Of a stretch of 56,833 nucleotides of DNA, positions 47,351 through 56,833 are shown piece by piece; position 1 is the stretch's first letter; the number at the start of each line of letters is the position of its first letter. The notes beneath the pieces were generated by a model. It saw nothing but the letters and a program-made list of their open reading frames with translations. It ran no database searches and had not been told where the DNA came from. Source of the DNA: Chitinophagaceae bacterium. GTDB taxonomy: Bacteria; Bacteroidota; Bacteroidia; Chitinophagales; Chitinophagaceae. Both the position numbers and the translations under genes were made by a program. The DNA is taken from contig CANJJU010000001.1 of NCBI GenBank assembly GCA_947474815.1, positions 1 to 56,833 on the forward strand, written 5' to 3'.

Positions 47351-48949
47351 GTGAATAATTATCCCACTGGTTTTGCCAGAGCAATCATTGTAATTACAAC
47401 TATCAGCGCTGCCATCATGGAGCTGATAGATACGAGCATTGTGAATGTGGCACTCACAAAAATATCAGGAAATATTGGCGTAACAATAGAAGACGTAAGT
47501 TGGGTAATTACCGCTTATGCAATTGCGAACGTGATTATTATTCCCATGACAGGATTTTTGGGAGAATATTTTGGTAGAAAAAATTACTACCTCGTATCGA
47601 TGATTGTTTTCACCGTTGCTTCTTATTTCTGTGGCGCTAGCACAGGACTTTTTGAATTGGTTGCCTGGAGATTTATTCAAGGAATAGGCGGTGGCGCCCT
47701 ATTGTCAACTTCACAAGCCATTTTATTTGATGCATTTCCCCCAGAAAAAAGAGCCATTGCTGGAGGTTTGTTTGGAATGGGCATTGTACTTGGGCCAACA
47801 TTAGGACCCACCGTAGGGGGACTTATCCTAGACAACTTTGAAAATTGGGGATATATTTTCTATGTAAACATTCCTATTGGAATTATTGCAACTTATCTCA
47901 CATTAACTTTTATCGATAAAAAAGAAGGGGAAGGAAAGAAGAAGGATTCTATTAAAATTGATTACACAGGTATTTTACTTTTGATGGTGGGCGTAGGTTG
48001 TTTGCAATATGTATTAGAAAGAGGCGAAGCCGAAGATTGGTTCTCCTCTCCTTTGATTAGAAATGCGGGCATTGCCGCTTTGATTGGAGTTGCAGTATTT
48101 ATCTGGCATGAATTGCGGATAAAAAACCCGGTGGTGAATTTACATGTGCTCAACAATCGAACACTAGCCATCACGACCATTTTTACATTTACAAGTGGAA
48201 TTGGATTGTTTACAAGCGTTTATATTTATCCGGTATTAGCACAACGTATATTAGGATTCACACCGCTAATGACTGGTTTAGCACTACTGCCGCCAACCAT
48301 TATTGGTATCATCATGTTTCCAATAATAGGAAAAAAAATGAGCACAGGAGCCTCTCCTATGCCATTTATAATCATTGGATTGCTCTTTTTTATTGCATTT
48401 GGATGGTTTGGAGGACAAGTAAATGGAGAAGTGGAACGCTGGGATTTTTTTATGCCCCTTGCATTTAGAGCACTGGGCATGTCTATGTTGCAGCTGCCAT
48501 TGATTACGGCTTCTGTTGCAGGATTACAACCAAAAGATTATGCGTCAGGAATTTCACTCAATAATATGTCTAGACAACTAGGAGGCGCATTTGGTATTGC
48601 TATTTCTAATAACTACATCGCTCATCAATATGCACAACATAGGACCGACTTGGTTTCTAATATCAATATGTCAAGTGCAGATTTTACAAACAGATTAAAT
48701 ACAATCACGCAGTCGATAACCGCCCGTACCGGAGAAGTAGTTTCAATCGCAACAGAAAAGGCTTATAAGTTAATTGATTTGCAAGTAGACAAACAAGCTT
48801 ACTTATTAAGCTATTTAGATACGTTTAGATTAATTTCTATTTTCTTTATCATCGTATTCCCTTTAGTGTTCTTCTTAAAATTAAAACCACAGCCTAAAAG
48901 CGATAAGACATTAAAAGAGAAAGCTTCTGCAATCAGTGAAGCACATTAA
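47351..48949 (+). CDS. DHA2 family MFS efflux permease (EmrB-like)
   Basis: DTSIVNVAL, WVITAY, RFIQGIGGG and LGPTLGPTVGG motifs; GTG start. Confidence 0.93.
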   Translation: MNNYPTGFARAIIVITTISAAIMELIDTSIVNVALTKISGNIGVTIEDVSWVITAYAIANVIIIPMTGFLGEYFGRKNYYLVSMIVFTVASYFCGASTGLFELVAWRFIQGIGGGALLSTSQAILFDAFPPEKRAIAGGLFGMGIVLGPTLGPTVGGLILDNFENWGYIFYVNIPIGIIATYLTLTFIDKKEGEGKKKDSIKIDYTGILLLMVGVGCLQYVLERGEAEDWFSSPLIRNAGIAALIGVAVFIWHELRIKNPVVNLHVLNNRTLAITTIFTFTSGIGLFTSVYIYPVLAQRILGFTPLMTGLALLPPTIIGIIMFPIIGKKMSTGASPMPFIIIGLLFFIAFGWFGGQVNGEVERWDFFMPLAFRALGMSMLQLPLITASVAGLQPKDYASGISLNNMSRQLGGAFGIAISNNYIAHQYAQHRTDLVSNINMSSADFTNRLNTITQSITARTGEVVSIATEKAYKLIDLQVDKQAYLLSYLDTFRLISIFFIIVFPLVFFLKLKPQPKSDKTLKEKASAISEAH

Positions 48950-48968
48950 AAAAATTAAAAAGATCAAT

Positions 48969-50252
48969 ATGCAAAAGATTGTCTGGCTAATACTACTATT
49001 TTTATCAATTAATGCTCAGGGTCAGCAAAAAAAGATGACTGATGTGCAACTCAATACACTGATATCAAAAGCGGTCACAAATTATCCTGCTATAAAGGAA
49101 ATGGAAGAGCAAATGAAAGCTTTCCCCATAAAAGAAGGGCTCGCTAAAAGCGCCTACCAGCCTGGAATTAGCACCGATATAAATTATCGTTATAATGATC
49201 CGGTATCAGAAGCGCAATTTGGGCCGAATAAAGTACAGTTTGCTCCTTATAATAATTACAGCGCAACGATAGGAATCAATCAGCTCATTTATGATTTTGG
49301 TAAAACAAAGGTTCAATTGGAAAAATCCAATGCGGAGATGAATTTATTTATGGCAAATTTTGATAACACAAAAAACGCCATCGCTTATCAAGTTGCAGGA
49401 ATTTATTACACCATTATTTTTGTTCACCAAGCAATGAACGTTCAGCAACAACAAATAGATGTTTTAAAAGAAAACGAAAAAATAATTAACGCAAAATATT
49501 TAAACGGAGAAGCATTGAGATATGATGTGCTTTCTACTCAAGTTAAAACGAGTACAGCAACCAATAAGCTGACCGATTTAAAGATGCAATTAGACAAACA
49601 ATTTGTGTTACTTGAATGGCTAACCGGCGAAAAACAAAAAGAAAGTTTTAATTATGTATATACTGAAGATCAAATTAAATTAATTACCAATATAGACAAT
49701 TGGCAAAACACTAACGAAAATGCTATCCTAACACAAAAGAAACTTGCTTTGCTAGCGTTTGAAAAAAAGTATGCCAGTATTCAATCAAGGCCTTCCCTGA
49801 TTGGAAATCTTTCTGGAGGATATAGAAATGGTATTCAACCAAACATTGAAACAATCAGACCGATTAGCACCATTGGCGTTGGGCTGGCTATTCCGATTAA
49901 TTCAACTAGTAGACCGAAAATGCAAGCAAGGCTAGCGCAAGTGTCAATCAATACAACCAAAAAATCATTCACTACTATAGAAGCAGGTATTCAAAAAGAC
50001 ATCAATATCGTATTAGCAGATTACCATAATCTTGAAGAAAAAACAGTGACAACCAATTTGCTTGTAAATCAGGCTGAACAGGCTTTTCAACTGGCACAGG
50101 TTCGCTTTAAAGCTGGGTTAATAACATCCGCTGAATTATTGTCTTCTCAAAGCAATGTAGAAGAAGCAAAATTGCAACAAGTACAATTACAATACTTAAT
50201 GCAATTAGATAAATTAGAAAGCAATAAAATTATAGGAACTAAACTTTGGTAA
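48969..50252 (+). CDS. TolC family outer membrane protein
   Basis: Signal peptide from MQKIVW (48969); QLIYDFGK; AQVRFKAGLIT..ELL; follows the emrAB-like pair. Confidence 0.88.
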   Translation: MQKIVWLILLFLSINAQGQQKKMTDVQLNTLISKAVTNYPAIKEMEEQMKAFPIKEGLAKSAYQPGISTDINYRYNDPVSEAQFGPNKVQFAPYNNYSATIGINQLIYDFGKTKVQLEKSNAEMNLFMANFDNTKNAIAYQVAGIYYTIIFVHQAMNVQQQQIDVLKENEKIINAKYLNGEALRYDVLSTQVKTSTATNKLTDLKMQLDKQFVLLEWLTGEKQKESFNYVYTEDQIKLITNIDNWQNTNENAILTQKKLALLAFEKKYASIQSRPSLIGNLSGGYRNGIQPNIETIRPISTIGVGLAIPINSTSRPKMQARLAQVSINTTKKSFTTIEAGIQKDINIVLADYHNLEEKTVTTNLLVNQAEQAFQLAQVRFKAGLITSAELLSSQSNVEEAKLQQVQLQYLMQLDKLESNKIIGTKLW

Positions 50253-50283
50253 GTTTAAAGTAATTTTAAATAAAACTATACCC

Positions 50284-51105
50284 ATGATCTCATTAAAAAA
50301 TAAAACAGCCTTTATCACGGGGGCTTCTCGTGGAATCGGTAAAGCAATCGCGCTTAGGCTTGCAAAAGAAGGCGTGAATATTGTTGTAGCGGCAAAATCT
50401 ACAGAAGAAAATCCAAAACTTGGGGGTACTATTTTTTCTGCTGCTGCAGAAATTGAAGCAGCGGGCGGCAAAGCATTAGCGGTTCAATGTGATATTAGAG
50501 ACGAATCGCAAATACAAGCTGCAGTAGACAAAGCGATAGAAAGATTTGGAGGAATTGACATTTTAATAAACAATGCTTCTGCTATATCATTGACTTCAAC
50601 TGAACAAACAGAACCCAAGCGTTTTGATTTAATGCACGACATTAATGTAAGAGGAACATTTTTTGTATCTAAAGCATGCATGCCGCATCTTAAAAAATCG
50701 GAGAACCCACATATCATCACACTCTCTCCTCCCCTCAATATGGATATGAAATGGTTTTCTAAACATATTGCCTATACAATAAGTAAGTACAATATGACGA
50801 TGATTACACTTGGGTTGGCGGCGGAATACAAAAAAAATAATGTTGCTGCGAATTGTCTTTGGCCTCGTACAACCATTGCTACCGCTGCTGTACAAAATTT
50901 ATTAGGCGGAGATGCATTAATCAATATGAGTCGCAAACCTGAAATAATAGCAGACGCTGCTTATTATATTCTTTCAAGGAAATCTAGCGAATGCACTGGG
51001 AACTGTTTTATTGATGATGAAATACTCAACGAGGCAGGCATTACTGATTTATCTCATTATGCTGTTATTCCTGGCGGAAAACTATTTACCGACTTGTTTA
51101 TATAA
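50284..51105 (+). CDS. Short-chain dehydrogenase/reductase (HSDL2/citronellol dehydrogenase-like)
   Basis: ITGASRGIG, NNASAI, YTISK and LWPRTTIATAAV motifs. Confidence 0.92.
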   Translation: MISLKNKTAFITGASRGIGKAIALRLAKEGVNIVVAAKSTEENPKLGGTIFSAAAEIEAAGGKALAVQCDIRDESQIQAAVDKAIERFGGIDILINNASAISLTSTEQTEPKRFDLMHDINVRGTFFVSKACMPHLKKSENPHIITLSPPLNMDMKWFSKHIAYTISKYNMTMITLGLAAEYKKNNVAANCLWPRTTIATAAVQNLLGGDALINMSRKPEIIADAAYYILSRKSSECTGNCFIDDEILNEAGITDLSHYAVIPGGKLFTDLFI

Positions 51106-51120
51106 GAGTACTATTTGAAT

Positions 51121-53259
51121 TTACTTTAATAAACCCTTTGGCGCTTCTTTGTTTAACAAATACTTATAAATGAAAGTTGTTTTCAGATTCTGAAAATGAA
51201 GTCCTTTGTTTCCTCCCCAACCATGTCTTCCGCCACTATATACCATAAATTCAAAATTCTTTTTCTCCTCTTGTAGTTTACTAATAAGTTGAATGCTATT
51301 TTGCATGTGTACATTTTCATCAACAATACCATGTACAATTTGCAACATTCCTTTGTATTGACTAACATAGTTCAACACAGAACTTGTTTTATATCCTGCT
51401 GGGTTATCTGTAGGCGTTCCCATATATCGTTCAGTATAATGTGAATCGTATAAACTCCAATCAACTACGCTTCCTCCTGCCATCCCATGAGTGAACACAT
51501 CTGCACCATACGTTAATGCATAACAACTCATATATCCTCCATAACTAAACCCAGTAATACAAATTTTTGTAGGGTCGGCTTGACCATTGGCAATCAGCCA
51601 TTTCGCCATTGTGGTATAGTCTTTCATTTCCCAGTAGCCCAGATTGTGATACATATAATTAACACCCTCTTTCCCAAAATGACCGCTGGCTCTGTGATCC
51701 ATGGCAACCTGAATCAATCCTTCTTTTGCATACCATTGCTGAGTACCAGTCAGTGACCATACATCCATTACAGTTCCTGCATTTGGACCACCATAAATAG
51801 AAATCAAAACAGGATATTTTTTACCCTTCTCCATATTAATAGGCCAGGTAATTTTCATTGGCAAGTTATATAGACTGTCATCACTCAATACTCGAATCAA
51901 CTCAGTTGTAGCTAATTCAGTTGATTTAAAATCAATTCCTTTTGAATCAAATAACTCTTTTATTATTTTCCCTTTATTATCAATTAGAGCAATTTTTGTA
52001 GGAGTGACGGCATTGCTATAATTAGAAATAAAATAAGATGCGGCAGGCGAAAGATTGATGTTAGAATGGTTATAGTCTCCAAAGGTTAAACGCTGCAATT
52101 TTTTTCCATTGATATTTACACGGTACAAATCTTTTCGAGCAGTATTTTCTTTTCTAGCAGTAAAATAAATAACATTGTTTTTTTCATCTATATAATTCAT
52201 TTCTGTCACTACATACTTTCCTTTATTTATGGCATTTACCAAAGCGCCATACATATTGTAGTAATACATTTGCTGATATCCACTTTTATCACTCAAATAA
52301 ATAAATCCTTTCCCATTTTGTAAAAAAGTTATTCTGCTGCCTTCATCATCAAGATTAATCCAAGTCTTTTGTTCTTCTGTTAAAAAAGGTTTTTTCTTCC
52401 CCGTTAAAGGATTTACTTCCCAAATTTTAAGTTGATTTTGTTTTCGGTTCATCCATTGTACCAGCAAAGTGTTACCATCTGGCTTCCAATAAGGCAATCC
52501 AAAATACTGATCATCACTTTCATTAAAATCAGCCCATGTAATTGCTCCGCCTGTTGCCTGAACAATTCCAACTTTTACTTCAGGATTGTTATCACCCACT
52601 TTAGGATATCTGATGTTATCTACATACCCATGCTGGCCAGTAGCATCTGTTATAGTATAGACAGGCACTTTGGTGTCATCTGATCTAAAAAAGGCAATTT
52701 GTTTACTATCGGGACTCCACCAAAAAGAACAGTATTGAGAACGCCTGCCTAAAATTTCTTCCATGTACACCCAACTTGCATACCCGTTTAATATTACCTC
52801 GCTTCCATCAGTAGTAAGGCGTGTAACTTTATTAGAAACAATATTGATAGTATAGAGATCATTGTTTTTAGTGAAGGCAACATACTTTGCATCAGGACTC
52901 AATGTTGGATTTACTTCTATACTTGAATCATTGGTAAGCTGAGTTTCTATACCAGCAGCTTTTATATAAAGATCATTCCCCTTTATGTAAACTGTTGGAG
53001 TGCTATTTTCTGATGATTTTTTCTTGTCTAGATCTGTCGCTTCTCTTTCATTGCCCGTTTTGGCATCTACAAAATAATTCTTCCCCTCTTTACTATAGGT
53101 AAAATGACTGTCATCTATCCAAATAGCTGCAGCGGGTAAGGCGTTAACGATACCTTTAAAATTATTTTTAAAATAATGCTCATTGGTTAATGATTTTTGT
53201 TGGGCAGATGCTAGAATTGTAAACAGCAAAATGCTGCAGATAGAAATGATCTGTTTCAT
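51121..53259 (-). CDS. S9 family dipeptidyl peptidase IV-like protein
   Basis: Signal peptide, DPP IV N-terminal propeller (YPKVG), YGGP, nucleophile GFSYGG, HG..DENVH. Confidence 0.93.
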   Translation of the reverse strand: MKQIISICSILLFTILASAQQKSLTNEHYFKNNFKGIVNALPAAAIWIDDSHFTYSKEGKNYFVDAKTGNEREATDLDKKKSSENSTPTVYIKGNDLYIKAAGIETQLTNDSSIEVNPTLSPDAKYVAFTKNNDLYTINIVSNKVTRLTTDGSEVILNGYASWVYMEEILGRRSQYCSFWWSPDSKQIAFFRSDDTKVPVYTITDATGQHGYVDNIRYPKVGDNNPEVKVGIVQATGGAITWADFNESDDQYFGLPYWKPDGNTLLVQWMNRKQNQLKIWEVNPLTGKKKPFLTEEQKTWINLDDEGSRITFLQNGKGFIYLSDKSGYQQMYYYNMYGALVNAINKGKYVVTEMNYIDEKNNVIYFTARKENTARKDLYRVNINGKKLQRLTFGDYNHSNINLSPAASYFISNYSNAVTPTKIALIDNKGKIIKELFDSKGIDFKSTELATTELIRVLSDDSLYNLPMKITWPINMEKGKKYPVLISIYGGPNAGTVMDVWSLTGTQQWYAKEGLIQVAMDHRASGHFGKEGVNYMYHNLGYWEMKDYTTMAKWLIANGQADPTKICITGFSYGGYMSCYALTYGADVFTHGMAGGSVVDWSLYDSHYTERYMGTPTDNPAGYKTSSVLNYVSQYKGMLQIVHGIVDENVHMQNSIQLISKLQEEKKNFEFMVYSGGRHGWGGNKGLHFQNLKTTFIYKYLLNKEAPKGLLK

Positions 53260-53297
53260 ATCAGTTAATTTTTTAAAATGTATATTTTATCGAAAGA

Positions 53298-54821
53298 TTA
53301 ATCCAATTTTTCAGGACGCATCATTGGGAAGAACAATACATCTTGTATGCTATGTTGATTGGTCAACAACATACAAAGACGATCAATCCCAAATCCAATA
53401 CCACTTGTAGGCGGCATACCATATTCAAGAGCTCTTAAAAAATCATGATCAATAAACATCGCTTCATCATCTCCTCTTTCCATTAATTTCACCTGCTCTT
53501 CGAATCGTTCGCGTTGTTCAATAGGATCATTTAATTCGCTATAGGCATTGGCAATTTCTTTACCATTCACCATTAATTCAAAACGCTCTACCAAACCTGG
53601 TTTGCTGCGATGCTTTTTTGTTAGCGGACTCATTTCTATAGGATAGTCTGTAATAAAAGTGGGTTGAATATAATTACCCTCACATTTGGCACCAAAGATT
53701 TCATCGATTAATTTCCCTTTGCCCCATTTCGCATCTGCATGTAAGCCTAATTGTTGGCAAACAGTTCTGATTCCTTCTTCATCCATTGCGCTGATATCAA
53801 AACCTGTGTGCTCCTTGATGGCATCATACATGGTTATTCTTTTGAAAGGAGCTTTAAAACTGATTTCATTTTCTCCTACCATACATGCTGAAGTTCCGTT
53901 CACGGCGATGGCAGCTTTTTCAAGCATTTGCTCGGTGGTATCCATCATCCATTCATAATCTTTATATGCTACATAAAATTCAAGCACGGTAAATTCAGGA
54001 TTGTGTGTTCTATCCATTCCTTCATTTCTGAAGTTCCTGCTAAACTCATATACCCATTCGAAACCACCTACAATCAATCTTTTCAAATACAATTCATTCG
54101 CAATACGCATATACATTGGAACATCCAGTGCATTGTGATGTGTAGTAAATGGTCTAGCCGCGGCGCCTCCAGGAATACTTTGTAATACGGGCGTATCTAC
54201 TTCCAATGCGCCTTGTTCGTTTAAAAATGTACGAATGGCATTGATTAATTTTGTTCTTTTTACAAAAACTTCTTTTACGCCAGGGTTTACAATCAAGTCT
54301 GCGTATCGCTGTCTATATCTAAACTCAGGATCTGTTACTTCGTCAAATGCTTCTCCATCTTTTTCTTTTACAATAGGTAATGGACGCAACGATTTACTTA
54401 AAATAGAAAATTCTCTCACATGGATAGAAGTCTCTCCTGTTTTTGTAGTAAATACATATCCTTTGATTCCTACAAAATCACCAATATCAACTAATTTTTT
54501 CCACACATTTTGAAAAAGTGATTTGTCTTCATCCGGACAAATATCATCTTGCTTTATGTAGAATTGAATTTTCCCTGTGCCGTCTTGCATTACTGCAAAA
54601 TTCGCCTTACCCATATCACGTACGCTCATGATGCGACCTGCAATGCATACTTCAGCAAAATCGGCTTTATTTTCTTCGCCCTTATAGTGCGCTTTAATAT
54701 ATTCTGCAGTTGTATTAATAGGATACAAAGCAGCAGGATAAGGATCAATGCCTAACTTTTCTAATTCGTCTTTTTTACCTCTGCGAATAATTTCTTGTTC
54801 AGATAAATGTTGTGTACTCAT
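53298..54821 (-). CDS. lysS: Lysine--tRNA ligase (class II)
   Basis: RYRQRYADL, GGAAARPF, FRNEG, EYGMPPTSG.G.GIDRL motifs. Confidence 0.98.
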   Translation of the reverse strand: MSTQHLSEQEIIRRGKKDELEKLGIDPYPAALYPINTTAEYIKAHYKGEENKADFAEVCIAGRIMSVRDMGKANFAVMQDGTGKIQFYIKQDDICPDEDKSLFQNVWKKLVDIGDFVGIKGYVFTTKTGETSIHVREFSILSKSLRPLPIVKEKDGEAFDEVTDPEFRYRQRYADLIVNPGVKEVFVKRTKLINAIRTFLNEQGALEVDTPVLQSIPGGAAARPFTTHHNALDVPMYMRIANELYLKRLIVGGFEWVYEFSRNFRNEGMDRTHNPEFTVLEFYVAYKDYEWMMDTTEQMLEKAAIAVNGTSACMVGENEISFKAPFKRITMYDAIKEHTGFDISAMDEEGIRTVCQQLGLHADAKWGKGKLIDEIFGAKCEGNYIQPTFITDYPIEMSPLTKKHRSKPGLVERFELMVNGKEIANAYSELNDPIEQRERFEEQVKLMERGDDEAMFIDHDFLRALEYGMPPTSGIGFGIDRLCMLLTNQHSIQDVLFFPMMRPEKLD

Positions 54822-54850
54822 ATCTCAATATTATAAAAATCTATGGAGCA

Positions 54851-54858
54851 CAAAGGTA
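54851..54858 (-). promoter_or_regulatory. -7 promoter element (TACCTTTG) for lysS
   Basis: Exact TAnnTTTG match 29 nt upstream of the lysS ATG. Confidence 0.7.
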
Positions 54859-54897
54859 ACTTATGTGCAGCAGGTTATATTTATTTAATAGAATAAA

Positions 54898-55782
54898 TTA
54901 TGCAGATGCTAATAAAATTTGCCAAGCTTCGGCCACTTTCCCAAGGTCTAATAATTCTTTGGCATAAGTATGAAGCTCTCTCTCCATTTCATCAGGATTA
55001 ATAGAAAAATACAAGATGATATTTTTCAATTTTTCATCATTAAAAGAAGCTTCAATATGCGGCATCTCATGTACGTTGCCCAATTGTGCTAAATGATTCC
55101 CCGTAAGATATTTACTTGTACGAATAGCCGCTGGCAAGGCTTCCACTCCTATTCCAAGTTTGGTGTTAGGCTTCTCTACTTCAAATATAGTAGAGGCATT
55201 GGCTCTTGTATACCAATTTCCTCCAAGACGCGCTACCAGATCAAGTTTTCGTTGGTCTATTTTTCCTTCTTCATTTAAAATAGATTCATCCATGTGCATC
55301 ATTAACACTTCAGCTATTACCAAATTGCCCGCACCGCCCTCATTTCCTAAAGGAATCACCTGATTGACTTTGCATTCAAGTTTTATTTTACTTTCTTTTA
55401 CCATTGGTGGGCTAACTAAAGTGGCTTTCTGTTCGGTGAAACCTGCTTTAGTAAATTCATTGGTCCCTTTTGGATAATCACAACTTGAGAGAGAAGATTG
55501 ATGTACCATATCAAAATCAACAATATTGATGACAACCTCAGGAACTTCTAACACATTCTCTAATGTATGCTTCGTGCTATTATCCCTCACTCTTCTTGCA
55601 GGAGAAAAAACAACTATGGGAGGATTGGAAGAGAATAAATTAAAAAAACTAAATGGACTTAAGTTTACGTTCCCTGCTTTATCAATCGTAGAAGCAAAGC
55701 AGATCGGCCTCGGAGCAATAGCATGCTGTAAGTAGCTTTGTACTTCTATAGGGTTGAGATCTGATAATTTTATAGAAAGCAT
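54898..55782 (-). CDS. Flavin reductase family protein (DIM6/NTAB-like)
   Basis: IAPRPICFAST, NLSPFSFFN, KHTLEN and VARLGGNWY motifs; start MLSIK at 55782. Confidence 0.9.
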   Translation of the reverse strand: MLSIKLSDLNPIEVQSYLQHAIAPRPICFASTIDKAGNVNLSPFSFFNLFSSNPPIVVFSPARRVRDNSTKHTLENVLEVPEVVINIVDFDMVHQSSLSSCDYPKGTNEFTKAGFTEQKATLVSPPMVKESKIKLECKVNQVIPLGNEGGAGNLVIAEVLMMHMDESILNEEGKIDQRKLDLVARLGGNWYTRANASTIFEVEKPNTKLGIGVEALPAAIRTSKYLTGNHLAQLGNVHEMPHIEASFNDEKLKNIILYFSINPDEMERELHTYAKELLDLGKVAEAWQILLASA

Positions 55783-55794
55783 ATACAATTTGAG

Positions 55795-55896
55795 GTTTAA
55801 AAGGTTGAAAAGGTTACATCCGTTTAAAAGGTTTGATCGTTGAATGAATTTATACACTACCTATTCAACTTCTTAAACATCTGCAACCTATGAAAC
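55795..55896. repeat. Intergenic element of 9-bp periodic units forming an imperfect inverted repeat
   Basis: Left arm GTTTAAAAG GTTGAAAAG GTTACATCC GTTTAAAAG GTTTGATC GTTGAATGA; right arm CTATTCAAC TTCTTAAAC ATCTGCAAC CTATGAAAC. Confidence 0.7.
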
Positions 55897-56833
55897 TATA
55901 ATGATTGCTTCTTCAATGCTAATATGGAGAAATCTGACTCTTCTTTTACAATAGTGTTGCTCAGTTTACCCAACCCATCAATTTCCATTTCTACCACATC
56001 TCCGGCTTGTAACCATTGTTCTGTATAATTTGGATCATTCAATTTACCTGTGCCATTTAATTCTAGAAAGCAACCTGTTCCTACAGTTCCGCTACCAATC
56101 ACATCTCCAGGAAATAAATTAACACCATAGCTACACCTTTCAATAATCTCTGCAAATGTCCAATCCATATCGCCTACATTTCCTTGGCTCACTTGAATTC
56201 CATTCACCATGCATTTCATGGTTAGGTTCCAACTTTTCCCTGTATGCCCGGTCTTACAAGGGATTTCATAAGATGACAATTCATCTAAAGTAACCAACAT
56301 CGGACCTATGACTGTTGCAAAATCTTTTCCTTTTGCAGGACCAAGATTCAATAACATTTCTTCCATTTGCAATCTTCTGGCACTCATGTCATTCATGATC
56401 ATTAATCCGCCAATATATCCATCTGCATCGGCCGCTTTAATATTTCTTCCCGATTTATTAATTACAATTGCTGCTTCTAATTCAAAATCTAATTTTTGAA
56501 AATGATCGGGCATACAAAGAATATCGCCTGGCCCCTGAATGCTATTGTGATTGGTAAAATAAAAAATGGGGTATTGGTCAAACTCAGGGATCATATCTAC
56601 CTTTCTGTTTCTTCTTGCTGCGGCCACATGTTGTCTAAAAGCATATCCATCTCTACAGCTGGTGGGATGAGGAACAGGCGCCAATAAATCCGCTTCATTA
56701 TAAGGCAGGCCAAATAAACTAACGGCCACTCCACTTTTAATTCTTTGTTCGGCAGCTATCGCTAAAGGCAATACGTCATCCCAATAGTTTAAAAACATTG
56801 CCATGCTGATAGGCAAATCGGGATGAAGGGCAT
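55896..56833 (-). CDS. Fumarylacetoacetate hydrolase family protein (5' end outside window)
   Basis: RDGYAFRQHV, LDFELE, MNDMSAR, KGKDFAT and GDVIGSGTVGTGC motifs; frame stays open to the window end. Confidence 0.9.
   Translation of the reverse strand, partial: ALHPDLPISMAMFLNYWDDVLPLAIAAEQRIKSGVAVSLFGLPYNEADLLAPVPHPTSCRDGYAFRQHVAAARRNRKVDMIPEFDQYPIFYFTNHNSIQGPGDILCMPDHFQKLDFELEAAIVINKSGRNIKAADADGYIGGLMIMNDMSARRLQMEEMLLNLGPAKGKDFATVIGPMLVTLDELSSYEIPCKTGHTGKSWNLTMKCMVNGIQVSQGNVGDMDWTFAEIIERCSYGVNLFPGDVIGSGTVGTGCFLELNGTGKLNDPNYTEQWLQAGDVVEMEIDGLGKLSNTIVKEESDFSILALKKQSL

Noticed and set aside
55783-55857. N-terminal extension of the flavin reductase ORF given in the ORF track
   Set aside because: The extension is just translation of the 9-bp periodic repeat; the family-like sequence begins at ATG 55782.

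Overview
AT-rich chromosomal segment from a Bacteroidota bacterium, most consistent with Chitinophagaceae. The evidence is the TAnnTTTG -7 promoters, gldH, a PorG/DUF6089 gene, the uppS-bamA order and a general lack of Shine-Dalgarno sites. It holds about 52 tightly packed CDS, mostly core genes: bamA (partial), uppS, yicC, lpxD-like, pheS, rpoN, polA, uvrB, typA, meaB, coaX, lptC and lysS. It also has M16, M3 and S9 peptidases, an EmrAB-TolC-type efflux trio and a six-gene glycan-modification cassette. I saw no rRNA, tRNA, CRISPR array, transposase, integrase or prophage. The most interesting unannotated signals are (1) a self-contained ~75-nt sRNA candidate upstream of yicC with adjacent DnaA-box-like sites; (2) a palindromic operator over the promoter of a His/Cys-rich MerC-domain gene, close to a Zur-like Fur regulator and an SCO gene; (3) a secreted protein built of six 16-aa repeats; (4) a fucosyltransferase cassette with two methyltransferase-like genes and an ATG-AGG-AGG-TGA leader; (5) several apparently leaderless genes; and (6) a 9-bp-periodic inverted-repeat element. 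All product calls come from motif recognition, not database searches. I cannot claim a confirmed novel system.
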